A stretch of 64,000 nt of DNA from a virus. Shown one piece after another: positions 48,897 through 58,352 of the stretch; position 1 is the stretch's first letter; every line of letters begins with the position of its first letter. The position numbers were made by a program, and so were the translations under genes. The notes beneath the pieces were generated by a model, which saw only the letters and a list, made by a program, of their open reading frames with translations, did not search any database and was not told the origin of the DNA. The stretch covers positions 1-64,000 of IMG/VR virus record IMGVR_UViG_3300026484_000333. The stretch is one strand, 5' to 3'.

Positions 48897-49211
48897 TTAT
48901 AATTTTGTTTTTACTTTTTTTACAAGTTCAACCTCAATTAAATATAAGAAATTTGCTCCTTTGTGTGCCATAATTCCTCCAATAGCACTTGCCCCGTAAA
49001 TACTGACATTAAGCATATCGTAAGCAAGAATAAAACCTATCAAACCTAAAAAACCAGCATATAACAAATCTAATAAATATAACATTATTCTTGTTTTGAT
49101 AGGTTTGTTTTTTAAGTCGCGTTGAGTAAAATTAACTGAAGTTGCCCAAATTATAAAAACTGCCAAAAGCACAAAAGCTTTTAAAGTTATTTCATCCCAC
49201 TTACTTTTCAT
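48897..49211 (-). CDS. Putative holin
   Basis: Three TM segments, AIGGIMAHKG motif, basic C-terminus. Confidence 0.7.
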   Translation of the reverse strand: MKSKWDEITLKAFVLLAVFIIWATSVNFTQRDLKNKPIKTRIMLYLLDLLYAGFLGLIGFILAYDMLNVSIYGASAIGGIMAHKGANFLYLIEVELVKKVKTKL

Positions 49212-49273
49212 TTTTTACCTTTTTATATAATATTACTTATATATCGAAAAATCAAGACTTATAAATTATTGTT

Positions 49274-49302
49274 CTTGACATAATATAAGGAATATCTTAT
49301 AA
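49274..49302 (+). promoter_or_regulatory. sigma70-type promoter
   Basis: TTGACA-N17-TATAAT. Confidence 0.8.
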
Positions 49303-49334
49303 TTTTAATATGAACAAAATTAAAAGGGGAAAAA

Positions 49335-49838
49335 ATGAAAAAACATATAATTGAAAATTTTAAAAAATATAAAGAAACTAACGATATTAGATATTTATTG
49401 GAGTGCAAAAAATTAATTTCTGAAGATGGTTTTATTGTTAAGGTTGAAAATAATGAGGGTTACTGTTCTGGTAGGCTTAAATCATTAAACAATAATAATG
49501 CTTTTTATTTTACTCATAGCCAAGAGGAATATGTATTAATTCGACTTATAGAAGAATATTTTGAAATTTTTAATCCATTAAAAAATATTGTTTTATTAAT
49601 CAGAGATAAAGATGCTTTAGAAGAAGCCATACAAATTTTTCCTGTTTATTTAAAAGAAGAAGATTTTTCTTATTATATTAATGGGAAGTATCATTTTCCT
49701 TTATTAATTTGGGATATAACTTCTAACCATCTTTATCACCAAGGTTTACCAGATATCTCTTTTGATTGGGATGAATATATCCCTTTAATTAAAAGAGCAA
49801 TTACTTGGGGAGACTTCAAAAAACAAAATCAAAGCTGA
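49335..49838 (+). CDS. Hypothetical moron-like protein
   Basis: Own promoter, opposite to the surrounding late genes. Confidence 0.7.
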   Translation: MKKHIIENFKKYKETNDIRYLLECKKLISEDGFIVKVENNEGYCSGRLKSLNNNNAFYFTHSQEEYVLIRLIEEYFEIFNPLKNIVLLIRDKDALEEAIQIFPVYLKEEDFSYYINGKYHFPLLIWDITSNHLYHQGLPDISFDWDEYIPLIKRAITWGDFKKQNQS

Positions 49839-50200
49839 TTTTGTTTTTTAATTGCTTTTGGTAATTTATATTTAAAGAAATGATATATTTTTACAGCATA
49901 ATAAAAAAGATAGCTTGTAAATTTTCCAACTTTTAAATCAAGTAAGCAATTTAGAAAGCATTTGTCCGCTTTATCATAAAGCTCTAAATCACATAAATAA
50001 TCGTGTAAAATGGCACAAGGCAAATAATCAGGTCGATATTTTGTATAATTAAACAAATAAGCTATATAAGGCACAGAAGCCCCGTCGCTTACAAAACCTT
50101 CAGGAATTATAATATCTTTATATTTAACTTTCTTTTTAAGTTTTACCTTATTATTTTTAAGTGGTTGAAATATAAAGTCACTGTATTTTAATCTGCCCAA
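49829..50200 (-). CDS. DUF1353-family protein
   Basis: IPEGFVSDGASVP..AILHDYL..ADKCF. Confidence 0.85.
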   Translation of the reverse strand: MGRLKYSDFIFQPLKNNKVKLKKKVKYKDIIIPEGFVSDGASVPYIAYLFNYTKYRPDYLPCAILHDYLCDLELYDKADKCFLNCLLDLKVGKFTSYLFYYAVKIYHFFKYKLPKAIKKQNQL

Positions 50201-50820
50201 GTTTCCCCCTTTAACATTCTACATATAGTAGAATGTTGTGTATTAAATATTCTGGCTAATTTACAACAAGAATATCCTAAATTATGCAAATCTCTAATAG
50301 CGTTGTTTCTTTCTTCATTTAACACATTAATTCTTGTGTTTCTTGCTTGTAATTTATAAGTTGCCAACCTGCAATTGTTTGGCTCATAATTACCGTTAAC
50401 ATTTATTCTATCAATACTTAACTTTTTTGCAATTTGTAATTTTTCATCTTCCGATAAATTTTCTTTAATATTGTTTTTTACATAATTATCAAGTTCTTTT
50501 AAAAACCATTTTTTAAATAATAAATAATTATTTTTCCATTCATCACAAATTTTAATACCCCTTCCTCCATAATTTTTATAAGCTTTACTTTTTGTATTGT
50601 AACACCTCTTTAAAATATCTTTATATCTACTATAAATAAAATGATATTTGGAGCTACTAACACTATCCCCTTCAACAGAACTATTACTCTTTATACAACC
50701 ACAAGAATATCTTTTCTCACCATAATCTTTTCTAACTTGAATTACTTTTCCACAAAAAGGACATTTAAAATCACTATAAATTTTACCTTTTTTTCTAATA
50801 TCATTTCCAACATATATCAT
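50188..50820 (-). CDS. HNH homing endonuclease
   Basis: SCGC, YKNYGGRGIKICDEW, SIDRINVNGNYEPNNCR, C-terminal HTH. Confidence 0.88.
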   Translation of the reverse strand: MIYVGNDIRKKGKIYSDFKCPFCGKVIQVRKDYGEKRYSCGCIKSNSSVEGDSVSSSKYHFIYSRYKDILKRCYNTKSKAYKNYGGRGIKICDEWKNNYLLFKKWFLKELDNYVKNNIKENLSEDEKLQIAKKLSIDRINVNGNYEPNNCRLATYKLQARNTRINVLNEERNNAIRDLHNLGYSCCKLARIFNTQHSTICRMLKGETWAD

Positions 50821-50889
50821 AACACAATCCTTATTAATTAAATCTATGATTTTTTAAAAGTTGTAACCATATATCACTATATCTTAACA

Positions 50890-51408
50890 TTATTCCTCCC
50901 AATTTATAGCGTCAAGTTCTTCTAAACTTACCGCTTTTTTTGCTTTTTTTCTTAATGCTATTTTTTTATTCCATAATGTTGAATAATTAACACCAAGTTC
51001 TGTTAGCATTTTTTTAATTTCATCAACTTCTACTTCGTGGTCTTCATCATAAAAATCACCGACAATTGTTACTTTTAAACCTAAATCAAGTGCCAATTCA
51101 TATCCGGCTTTTAATTTTTGAATATCATCAAAATCTGCGTCCATTGTAATTCCATTTGAACAAGTAAAACCATTTTTTATAAAATAATTAAAAGCAGATT
51201 TTATTTCTTCAATTTTCAATTCTTTTGCTTTTTCTAAAATTAGTTCTTCATCAGGAATAATATTTCCATTTTCATCAAGTTTATAAAAAGGAAATCTTGC
51301 TTCTGGCAGTTTATTTGTTAAAACAAAACCTTCCCTATCTTTATAATCTTCTTCGTTTTCAACTTCAACAGGTATTAATCTTCTTTCTTCATTTATAAAA
51401 AATAACAT
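50890..51408 (-). CDS. Tail fibre assembly-like protein (DUF4376-like)
   Basis: AKELKIEEIK..A.SLEELDAINW; follows the fibre genes. Confidence 0.7.
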   Translation of the reverse strand: MLFFINEERRLIPVEVENEEDYKDREGFVLTNKLPEARFPFYKLDENGNIIPDEELILEKAKELKIEEIKSAFNYFIKNGFTCSNGITMDADFDDIQKLKAGYELALDLGLKVTIVGDFYDEDHEVEVDEIKKMLTELGVNYSTLWNKKIALRKKAKKAVSLEELDAINWEE

Positions 51409-52385
51409 TATTTTCCTCCTTCGGCTTGATAAATTAAATTAGCTTCGCTTTCTGTCAAGTTTCTTGTAAAAATTCTCAAATTATCAACTGCTCCTGCTTT
51501 TCTATAACCACTGCTTCTGCCCCAACCAAAAACGCATAGATAATTAGTAAAATACATATTATATTTTGCAATTTTACTGCAATTTTGTTTTAAAGTTTGT
51601 TTTTTTCCATTAATAAAAATATCACCATATTCAAATTTTCTAAAATTTACTGAAACGTGAATCCATTTATTTTTATATTTATTAATATCAACTCCAAAAT
51701 TATCGCCATTGGCGGAATTGAATCCAAGTTTTCCACTGCTACAAACATATAAATCGCAATTATAAAAGCCAATAGGCATTTGATAATTTACTCCATTCCA
51801 TTTAAACCAAAAGCTGATATTTAATTCTTTTGTATCTTTATTAAAAGGTAATTTATTAATTTTAAGCTGTCCTCCGTTAGAATAAACAGCTAATTTTTCT
51901 TTGCCTTCTACATATGTTATGCTTCCGCTTTTTGTAGCTTCATATTTTCCGCTTACATCAACCAAGCTACTATTAAATTTAAACAAGGCAATTCCGCTTT
52001 TATCATCAAAAAAATCAACTTTATCAGCTGGGGGAATATTCATAATTACCGTGCCTTTATCACCAATCCAAACATTATCATCTTTATCATTTTTTAAACA
52101 TTCAAATTTTTCTAAAGTTTTAATATTTAACCAAACAAAACCTTTAAATAAAGGATTGGTTGTTACCTGCGGATTATTTAAGCCGATAACATTTGCTATA
52201 TTTTTAGGAAATTTGTCAGCAATTTTTAATTTGCCTTGATTTATTAAATCACGAATTTTTTGATTTTCTACATTTTCTTTTAAAAAGCACTTATAAATAA
52301 AATTTTGTTTATCAACATTTAAAACTACAATTAAATCATCTTTTTTACCTGAAACTTTACTATCTAAATTTTCTACTAACATCAA
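51408..52385 (-). CDS. LamG/concanavalin-like fibre protein
   Basis: DFFDD.SGIALFKF, ISFWFK, WIHV, DNLRIFTRNLTESE. Confidence 0.8.
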   Translation of the reverse strand: MMLVENLDSKVSGKKDDLIVVLNVDKQNFIYKCFLKENVENQKIRDLINQGKLKIADKFPKNIANVIGLNNPQVTTNPLFKGFVWLNIKTLEKFECLKNDKDDNVWIGDKGTVIMNIPPADKVDFFDDKSGIALFKFNSSLVDVSGKYEATKSGSITYVEGKEKLAVYSNGGQLKINKLPFNKDTKELNISFWFKWNGVNYQMPIGFYNCDLYVCSSGKLGFNSANGDNFGVDINKYKNKWIHVSVNFRKFEYGDIFINGKKQTLKQNCSKIAKYNMYFTNYLCVFGWGRSSGYRKAGAVDNLRIFTRNLTESEANLIYQAEGGK

Positions 52386-52397
52386 AACTCCTTATTT

Positions 52398-53960
52398 TTA
52401 ATTAATTTGGTATCCCCAAAGTTCGTCTTTATAAACATTGCCGTTTCCGTCCGTCCAATAAACAACAAAACTTGAATTATCGCTTTCTTTCACCCCGCCT
52501 ATAACAAATGCAGGTTTATCTAATGGCTCTAGCAATGCAGTAGCATTATCATCATTTGCTATAAAATTGATAAACAGCATATTTCTTTTTGTATCATTGC
52601 CATCACCATCATTATTAATTAATTTTAATCCATTAGGCAAGTTGTAAAATTTAATGCTGTCCTCGTCGCAATCAACTTCCATTCTTGTTGCGTCAGCTAT
52701 GCTTGTATATTTGGAACTTGTAGCTCTGATATGTAGATGTTTTTTGCCGTTTGAATCGTTATACCAATCAATTCTGGCTTGTGCTGGATAAGCACTACCC
52801 AAACCAAAATTATAACCCACCCAATTATCTGCACTTGTTGTGTTTTTGTAAGCTTGATATGTTCCCATATCACCAGCCACAATATCATAAACATTAATAT
52901 TTGAGCTTGTAACATCAACGCCTAAACCAAGCGTTCCTGTAGTCCAATTATATTTTAAGCTTTTTCCTAATGTGGAACTTCCGTTATAGTTATCATCTTG
53001 GCTTACAACAACATCATAATTTACATAATCATTAGTTTTAACAACTAACGTTTTCCATTCGTTTGAATTGCCTTTTCTTCTAACAATAATTTCTTCTGCG
53101 GAATTATCATAAATTAACTGCCCACCTTTTGGGTATTCATTGATATCGTTTTTCCAATCTTCAATTTTTTGGTGAACAACATCTTGTGAATTTGCAGGTA
53201 AATAAATCCAGCTATCGCTCCATAAAACAAAACCTGAATATTTAATTTCTTTATTTGCTATTAATGAGGTTTTACCTTTAAACCAACCAAAATGCCCGTT
53301 TGAATTATAAATAGCAAGATTTTGATTTTCATAATCAATCCAATAATATCCATCTTCGGGCGTTCCTTGTCCTGTAGCCGGGTATCCTGTAACATAATTA
53401 ATGCGGTTTTCTATAGAACGATTAATATCCCAACCAAAACTACCACGAGCTTTAATCGCATTTGAGCGTCCACAATATAAAGTATAATTGTTTGTATTAC
53501 CATCAATAGCTATACCAGCTCCAATAACGCCATATTGATTAACAACAAATTGTACTGATGATGTATAAGCTTGTATAACTTTTTCGCTATGTGTAAAAAT
53601 TCTCAACGGCGTAACACCCTTGTTATCTACAGTTGTATCAATATTTAATGCTGAATTTGTGCCTTGTGGGTTATGTTGTAAATAAGGGCTTGTTGTTGCT
53701 TTATCACCATTAATTTTGTATAAAAACTTTCCATTTTCACCTTCAATCGTTGTTCCATATTTTAATTTTAAAAGCTGTCCGTTATCAATCGCATCCGTTA
53801 CGCTTACCCCGACAACATCAGCAGGATTAGCTACCAAGACATAATGCTCAAATTCATCTTGGTCAACCTCAACTTTTATAATGTCACCTTTTTTAAATTT
53901 ATCAAGTTCTTCAGATTGAATATCAACCACAGCTATTTCTGTGTGAGTAAAAATTGCCAT
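52398..53960 (-). CDS. Fibre / receptor-binding-like protein
   Basis: G/N/T-rich beta protein; own late promoter; shared N-terminal anchor module. Confidence 0.65.
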   Translation of the reverse strand: MAIFTHTEIAVVDIQSEELDKFKKGDIIKVEVDQDEFEHYVLVANPADVVGVSVTDAIDNGQLLKLKYGTTIEGENGKFLYKINGDKATTSPYLQHNPQGTNSALNIDTTVDNKGVTPLRIFTHSEKVIQAYTSSVQFVVNQYGVIGAGIAIDGNTNNYTLYCGRSNAIKARGSFGWDINRSIENRINYVTGYPATGQGTPEDGYYWIDYENQNLAIYNSNGHFGWFKGKTSLIANKEIKYSGFVLWSDSWIYLPANSQDVVHQKIEDWKNDINEYPKGGQLIYDNSAEEIIVRRKGNSNEWKTLVVKTNDYVNYDVVVSQDDNYNGSSTLGKSLKYNWTTGTLGLGVDVTSSNINVYDIVAGDMGTYQAYKNTTSADNWVGYNFGLGSAYPAQARIDWYNDSNGKKHLHIRATSSKYTSIADATRMEVDCDEDSIKFYNLPNGLKLINNDGDGNDTKRNMLFINFIANDDNATALLEPLDKPAFVIGGVKESDNSSFVVYWTDGNGNVYKDELWGYQIN

Positions 53961-54032
53961 TTTTATTTTCTCCTTCTTATAGCTTTACTTATATATCAGC
54001 TTTATAAATTGATTAAAAAATTTACAATTTTG

Positions 54033-54188
54033 TAAAGGATTTTATACAAGAGTTTTGGCAAAATTTCACACATTTTATAAAAAATCTTTTATACAAAAAT
54101 TGCTCAAATGCCCATAAATTCGGACTTTTGTAAATTGTCTGAAAGTGTCCGGAGCCTTAAAGTTTATATTTATATCCAACAAAAATTT
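54033..54188 (-). repeat. Dispersed intergenic element, copy 4 (inverted)
   Basis: Reverse complement of box 2 at 54033-54057 and of the core at 54136-54180. Confidence 0.92.
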
Positions 54189-54284
54189 CATTTTTTTTAT
54201 TCTATAAACTGATATATAAATAAAGTTATAAAAATAAACAAATTCATAATTTATGTTTTATGTTTTATAATTTATATTTTAATC

Positions 54285-54313
54285 TTGACAATAGATGGAT
54301 TTTTAGGTAGAAT
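54285..54313 (+). promoter_or_regulatory. sigma70-type promoter of the Rep-like gene
   Basis: TTGACA-N17-TAGAAT. Confidence 0.75.
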
Positions 54314-54338
54314 TAAATAAAAAAAGAAAGGAGCATAA

Positions 54339-56207
54339 ATGAATAGAATGAATAAATTGATTGAATTAATCGAAAAAGAAAAAAAAGAAAGAAAAAAAAT
54401 TGAAAAAATTTTGATAAAAAGAAAAGATAAAAAAGTTGCAATCAAGCCAAACTCATTTAATGAATTAGCTCAATTGCTTAAAAATTATACAATAATTTTA
54501 TATCAAATGTCAAGAGTTTTATCAAATTTTTCTAACAAAAATTCAGGAATTCTTAACAATTTGTTATTTTTGTTAGAAAAATTTAACAATTCGTCAAGTT
54601 TTTATAGAAATTATAAACATTTTGTTATGGCAATAATCGAAGGAAAAATCGAGCCACAATTTGTTGCCCAAAATTTCGCTCAATTTTATATTGCCCTTAC
54701 TTCAACGCATTTTGAAACCAAAGGTTTGAGCTTTGTTGCAAATCCTTATCAAGCTACGCAAATTGATAAAGCAAGACCGAATACAAAATATGGAAAATTC
54801 AGCTATATTAGAAAACAGGGATATGAGCAGAATTTAGGTCTGACTTTTGACAGTGAAAGCTATGATGTTGTTGAATATTTTAAAATGATAACAAATGACA
54901 AATGTGCGTTTTTTACACCAAACAACAAATATTCTAAAAATTCATTAAGATTTGATGTTGATGATAAAACTTTGAATATGGATGAAATGGAAATTTTGAT
55001 TAGAACTGCGATGGACAAATTGAACATAAACGGTGAAGTCGAAATCGTCGAAACAACGAAAGGTTGGCAGTTTGCTGTTTATGTTCCGTTGTTTTTCGTT
55101 AAAACTTTTTATGATAAAAATGATTATGTTGTTGAGCAGATTTTCGTTAGTGATAGAAAAACAACAAAAGCATTTAAGGCATATCAAAAATTCAACGAAA
55201 AATTTGTTGAGATTTTAGAAAATTTGGCGGTTGAGCTTTTTAATGTCAAATTAGAAATTGACAAATTTGCAGTAGAACAAGAAAAAGTTAGAATTTGGAG
55301 AAATGCAAAAGCCCACAATCATCGCTATTTTTCGGTGGTTGAAAACGAAAAATCAACGATTTTAGAAATGATTGATTTGCCAAAATTAGAACAAAAAGAA
55401 AATTTTGTCAATCATTTTGAAGCCAAAAAAGCAAATGAAATTGAACTCCGCAACAAAATGCCGAATGTTTATAAGTTCTTTAAAAAACACAACTTTTCAA
55501 TGCCGAAAATCAAATGCGGATTGATTGGCAAAATGAGCGAAAATACCGAAAGTTTTTATCTTACAAAAGCAATTGTTCACAAATTTATAATTGATTATAA
55601 TCATTTAGAAAATTTTGATGTTTTGTTGTTGGATTTGGCAGAAATGATAGAACTTGATTTTAGGAATATTTATCAAGAAGAAAAATCAATTGAAAATATA
55701 AATGTTGTGATTGATTATTATTTAGAAAATTTTGATGTTTATTTAACCGCCCAGAAAACCGCAAGAAGCCGAATGTTTGTTAAAAGTGCGAAAGCACTTG
55801 ATAACATAAGAAAAAATAGAAATAATTTAGATGAAATGAAACAAAAAATTGAAAAAAGCAAAAATGAACTTGAAAAATTTAAAAATAACGATGAAAATAA
55901 ATTGTCAATTAGGAAAATGTCCGAAGAATTGAAGAAAATTGCTTTTGATTTGCCAAAATCAACGCTTTATGAATATATCAAAAAAGAAAATGTTGATATT
56001 TTAGTTGAAATGATTGAAATGTTGTATAGATATGTTATAATTTTAATGAACGGCAGTGAAAAAGAACAGCAAAAAGCAATTCAATTGTTCGAAATTATCG
56101 AACAGTTACAAGGTGCGGTCAATTATGTTATAGCTATGATGAAGTTTGATTTGGTTGAAAATGAAAAATTACGAAAATTTTTTTATGTTGAAAAACGGAA
56201 GGAATAA
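54339..56207 (+). CDS. Putative replication protein, AEP/primase-polymerase-like with C-terminal HTH
   Basis: LRFDVDD (DxD), IVETTKGWQ (motif II-like, with Q for H), LSIRKMSEEL..LPKSTLYEY HTH. Confidence 0.55.
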   Translation: MNRMNKLIELIEKEKKERKKIEKILIKRKDKKVAIKPNSFNELAQLLKNYTIILYQMSRVLSNFSNKNSGILNNLLFLLEKFNNSSSFYRNYKHFVMAIIEGKIEPQFVAQNFAQFYIALTSTHFETKGLSFVANPYQATQIDKARPNTKYGKFSYIRKQGYEQNLGLTFDSESYDVVEYFKMITNDKCAFFTPNNKYSKNSLRFDVDDKTLNMDEMEILIRTAMDKLNINGEVEIVETTKGWQFAVYVPLFFVKTFYDKNDYVVEQIFVSDRKTTKAFKAYQKFNEKFVEILENLAVELFNVKLEIDKFAVEQEKVRIWRNAKAHNHRYFSVVENEKSTILEMIDLPKLEQKENFVNHFEAKKANEIELRNKMPNVYKFFKKHNFSMPKIKCGLIGKMSENTESFYLTKAIVHKFIIDYNHLENFDVLLLDLAEMIELDFRNIYQEEKSIENINVVIDYYLENFDVYLTAQKTARSRMFVKSAKALDNIRKNRNNLDEMKQKIEKSKNELEKFKNNDENKLSIRKMSEELKKIAFDLPKSTLYEYIKKENVDILVEMIEMLYRYVIILMNGSEKEQQKAIQLFEIIEQLQGAVNYVIAMMKFDLVENEKLRKFFYVEKRKE

Positions 56208-56209
56208 AA

Positions 56210-56467
56210 ATGAAAAAGCTAAATTATAACAAAGCAAGAAAATTTTATAATGAAGCAAAATTGTTTGTAAAAGAAAATGGTTATCCTACAAATGTTCCAA
56301 AAGCATTTTGGGAACTTTATGTTATGGTTGGACATTTTTCTGTTAAATTTAAAAGAACGCCAAATGAAGACGAATATGAATTAATGATTAGTTTATTTCC
56401 TGAAGAAGAACAAAAGGAAATTAGGAAATTTTCGCTTTTAGTCCAAGAAACATTAGATGGAGAATAA
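56210..56467 (+). CDS. Hypothetical early protein
   Basis: RBS and operon spacing. Confidence 0.7.
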   Translation: MKKLNYNKARKFYNEAKLFVKENGYPTNVPKAFWELYVMVGHFSVKFKRTPNEDEYELMISLFPEEEQKEIRKFSLLVQETLDGE

Positions 56468-56469
56468 AA

Positions 56470-56715
56470 ATGCAAGTTACAAAATCAAATCTTTATAATT
56501 TAATAGCAAATGATTTTATGTTATCAAAGCTTTGGGAAGAAAATTTGGCTTGGTATCAATATTATAAAAGCAAAAATGAAGAAAATGGAATGAGCTATAC
56601 AAAATATATGGCTTATTTGGATTTGCACCAAAAATGCGTTGAACTGAAAAAAGAAAAATTAGACAAACAAGAAGAAAAAATAATAAAAGATTTTGTTAAT
56701 TTTTATTTTAGTTGA
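56470..56715 (+). CDS. Hypothetical early protein
   Basis: RBS and operon spacing. Confidence 0.7.
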   Translation: MQVTKSNLYNLIANDFMLSKLWEENLAWYQYYKSKNEENGMSYTKYMAYLDLHQKCVELKKEKLDKQEEKIIKDFVNFYFS

Positions 56716-56726
56716 AAAGGAAAAAT

Positions 56727-57212
56727 ATGAAATTAATAAAAGCTGATTGGTCGTTTGGGCTTGAAAATATAAAAGAAAAATTAGAAAAGCAGAAAATTCA
56801 TCTTACCGAAAAGCAATATGACGTTATAACGCCCGTTGCCTTGCCCTCAAAAAATTATGATGAATTAAGAAATGCTTATATGAAATCGGTGCAAAAATTA
56901 AGAAGATATTATCATATTCCTGCATTTAGCAATGTTAAAATGGTATATTTTAACAATATGAGTTGGTTTGTTTATTCTAAAGCTTATTTAGAAGAATGGT
57001 TGGCGTTTATTTTGCGTGAGGCAAATATTAAACTGCCCGATTATATTTTTGAGCCTCATAAATTATCCGATAAAGTTATCGACAAGGAACTTAAGTTTTT
57101 TATTAAACCAAAAGAAAAAGCTCAATTTGATTTGGTCAAAGTTTTCTATGAAAATAAAGCAATCGGTTATAATGCAATTAATGAAATTTTAAATTTTAAG
57201 GAAATTAGATGA
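56727..57212 (+). CDS. Hypothetical early protein
   Basis: AAGGA RBS before MKLIK. Confidence 0.7.
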   Translation: MKLIKADWSFGLENIKEKLEKQKIHLTEKQYDVITPVALPSKNYDELRNAYMKSVQKLRRYYHIPAFSNVKMVYFNNMSWFVYSKAYLEEWLAFILREANIKLPDYIFEPHKLSDKVIDKELKFFIKPKEKAQFDLVKVFYENKAIGYNAINEILNFKEIR

Positions 57213-57463
57213 TGTTAAAAAGAAAAATAAATTTTGACAGGCTGAAATTTATTTTAGATAATTTGAATAAAAATGTTGAGGTTGTCGGTTATGTTTATTC
57301 TCCTTCTTATAAAATTGAAGTTAAAATTGGAGTAATTTGCTATGAAATTTTGCTAAAAACATTAAAATTTTTAAATAAAAATAAAGAATTTTACGAAATT
57401 GTTGGTTTTTTACATAAAAAACAAATAAAAATCGTCGAATTTTATGAAAATGACAAAATTTAA
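57209..57463 (+). CDS. Hypothetical early protein
   Basis: ATGA overlap with the previous gene. Confidence 0.65.
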   Translation: MMLKRKINFDRLKFILDNLNKNVEVVGYVYSPSYKIEVKIGVICYEILLKTLKFLNKNKEFYEIVGFLHKKQIKIVEFYENDKI

Positions 57464-57472
57464 AGGAAAAAA

Positions 57473-58012
57473 ATGCAAAAAAACGAAAAAAATTTGCTAA
57501 TTTTGCCGATTTTTGAGCTATTTCCTTCAAAAAATATTGAAAGTTGGTTTGGAACGTTAACTTTTCAACGTTTAGCGAACTTATTTTATTATATAAAGCA
57601 AAAAGAACTTGGGGATTTAGCTGAAGATTTAAACGAAATTAGCAAGGAATTGGCATTTGCAAGTTATCTCAAAACTTATAAAACTTTGGATTATTTTTAT
57701 GTTTTAATTAAAAATGATAAATTTGTTGGCGTGATTAGCTTTGATATTTCACAAGAAAATATATATTTTAAGCAAGGCAAATATTTGATATTCGCCCAAA
57801 CAGGATTAGTTACAAACGAAATTTCGGATTTTTGGTTTTTGATGCGGAATTTACGTAATTTGACGGATAAAATTATAGAAAAAGAACAACCTAATTTTGC
57901 AATTGCTTATTTAAAAAATGTAAGTCATAATAAACGATTTTTAAATTATGTAGAAAAAGAACATAATTTAAAAGTAAATTTGGTTTATAATTTAACTTAT
58001 GGAGCATTTTAA
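57473..58012 (+). CDS. Hypothetical protein, possibly GNAT-like fold
   Basis: FYVLIKNDKFVGVISF pattern only. Confidence 0.45.
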   Translation: MQKNEKNLLILPIFELFPSKNIESWFGTLTFQRLANLFYYIKQKELGDLAEDLNEISKELAFASYLKTYKTLDYFYVLIKNDKFVGVISFDISQENIYFKQGKYLIFAQTGLVTNEISDFWFLMRNLRNLTDKIIEKEQPNFAIAYLKNVSHNKRFLNYVEKEHNLKVNLVYNLTYGAF

Positions 58013-58290
58013 TGAAAACAAATTTGATTTTATCCGATAAAAAGCTCGGCAAGGAAAACGACCAAAAAATTGTTGATTTGATTCGAGAAGTTTATCCTTA
58101 TTTATCATTAGACGCAGTAGCAAAACTTACAGGATTATCAAAAACAAAAGTTAAAGAAATTTTAAAAGCGAATAATATAAACAAGGAAAACGACCCGAGC
58201 TGGTATAATAATGTTCCGATTGTTATTTGGCTACCAAGCGAATTTTATGATAAAGTTGATGTAGAAAATTTGAAATTTATTGAAAAATAG
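58012..58290 (+). CDS. HTH DNA-binding protein
   Basis: LSLDAVAKLTGLSKTKVKEIL. Confidence 0.75.
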   Translation: MKTNLILSDKKLGKENDQKIVDLIREVYPYLSLDAVAKLTGLSKTKVKEILKANNINKENDPSWYNNVPIVIWLPSEFYDKVDVENLKFIEK

Positions 58291-58291
58291 C

Positions 58292-58321
58292 TTGACATAT
58301 GCAATGATAAAATGTTATAAT
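58292..58321 (+). promoter_or_regulatory. sigma70-type promoter with extended -10
   Basis: TTGACA-N18-TATAAT with TGn. Confidence 0.7.
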
Positions 58322-58352
58322 TTATTGATGAAAAATTTAAAAGGAGCGACAA

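Noticed and set aside
45986-54188. Invertible segment between inverted element copies 3 and 4
   Set aside because: No recombinase in the window, sites are intergenic so no gene fusion would switch, and two further copies lie elsewhere. Read data could still test it.
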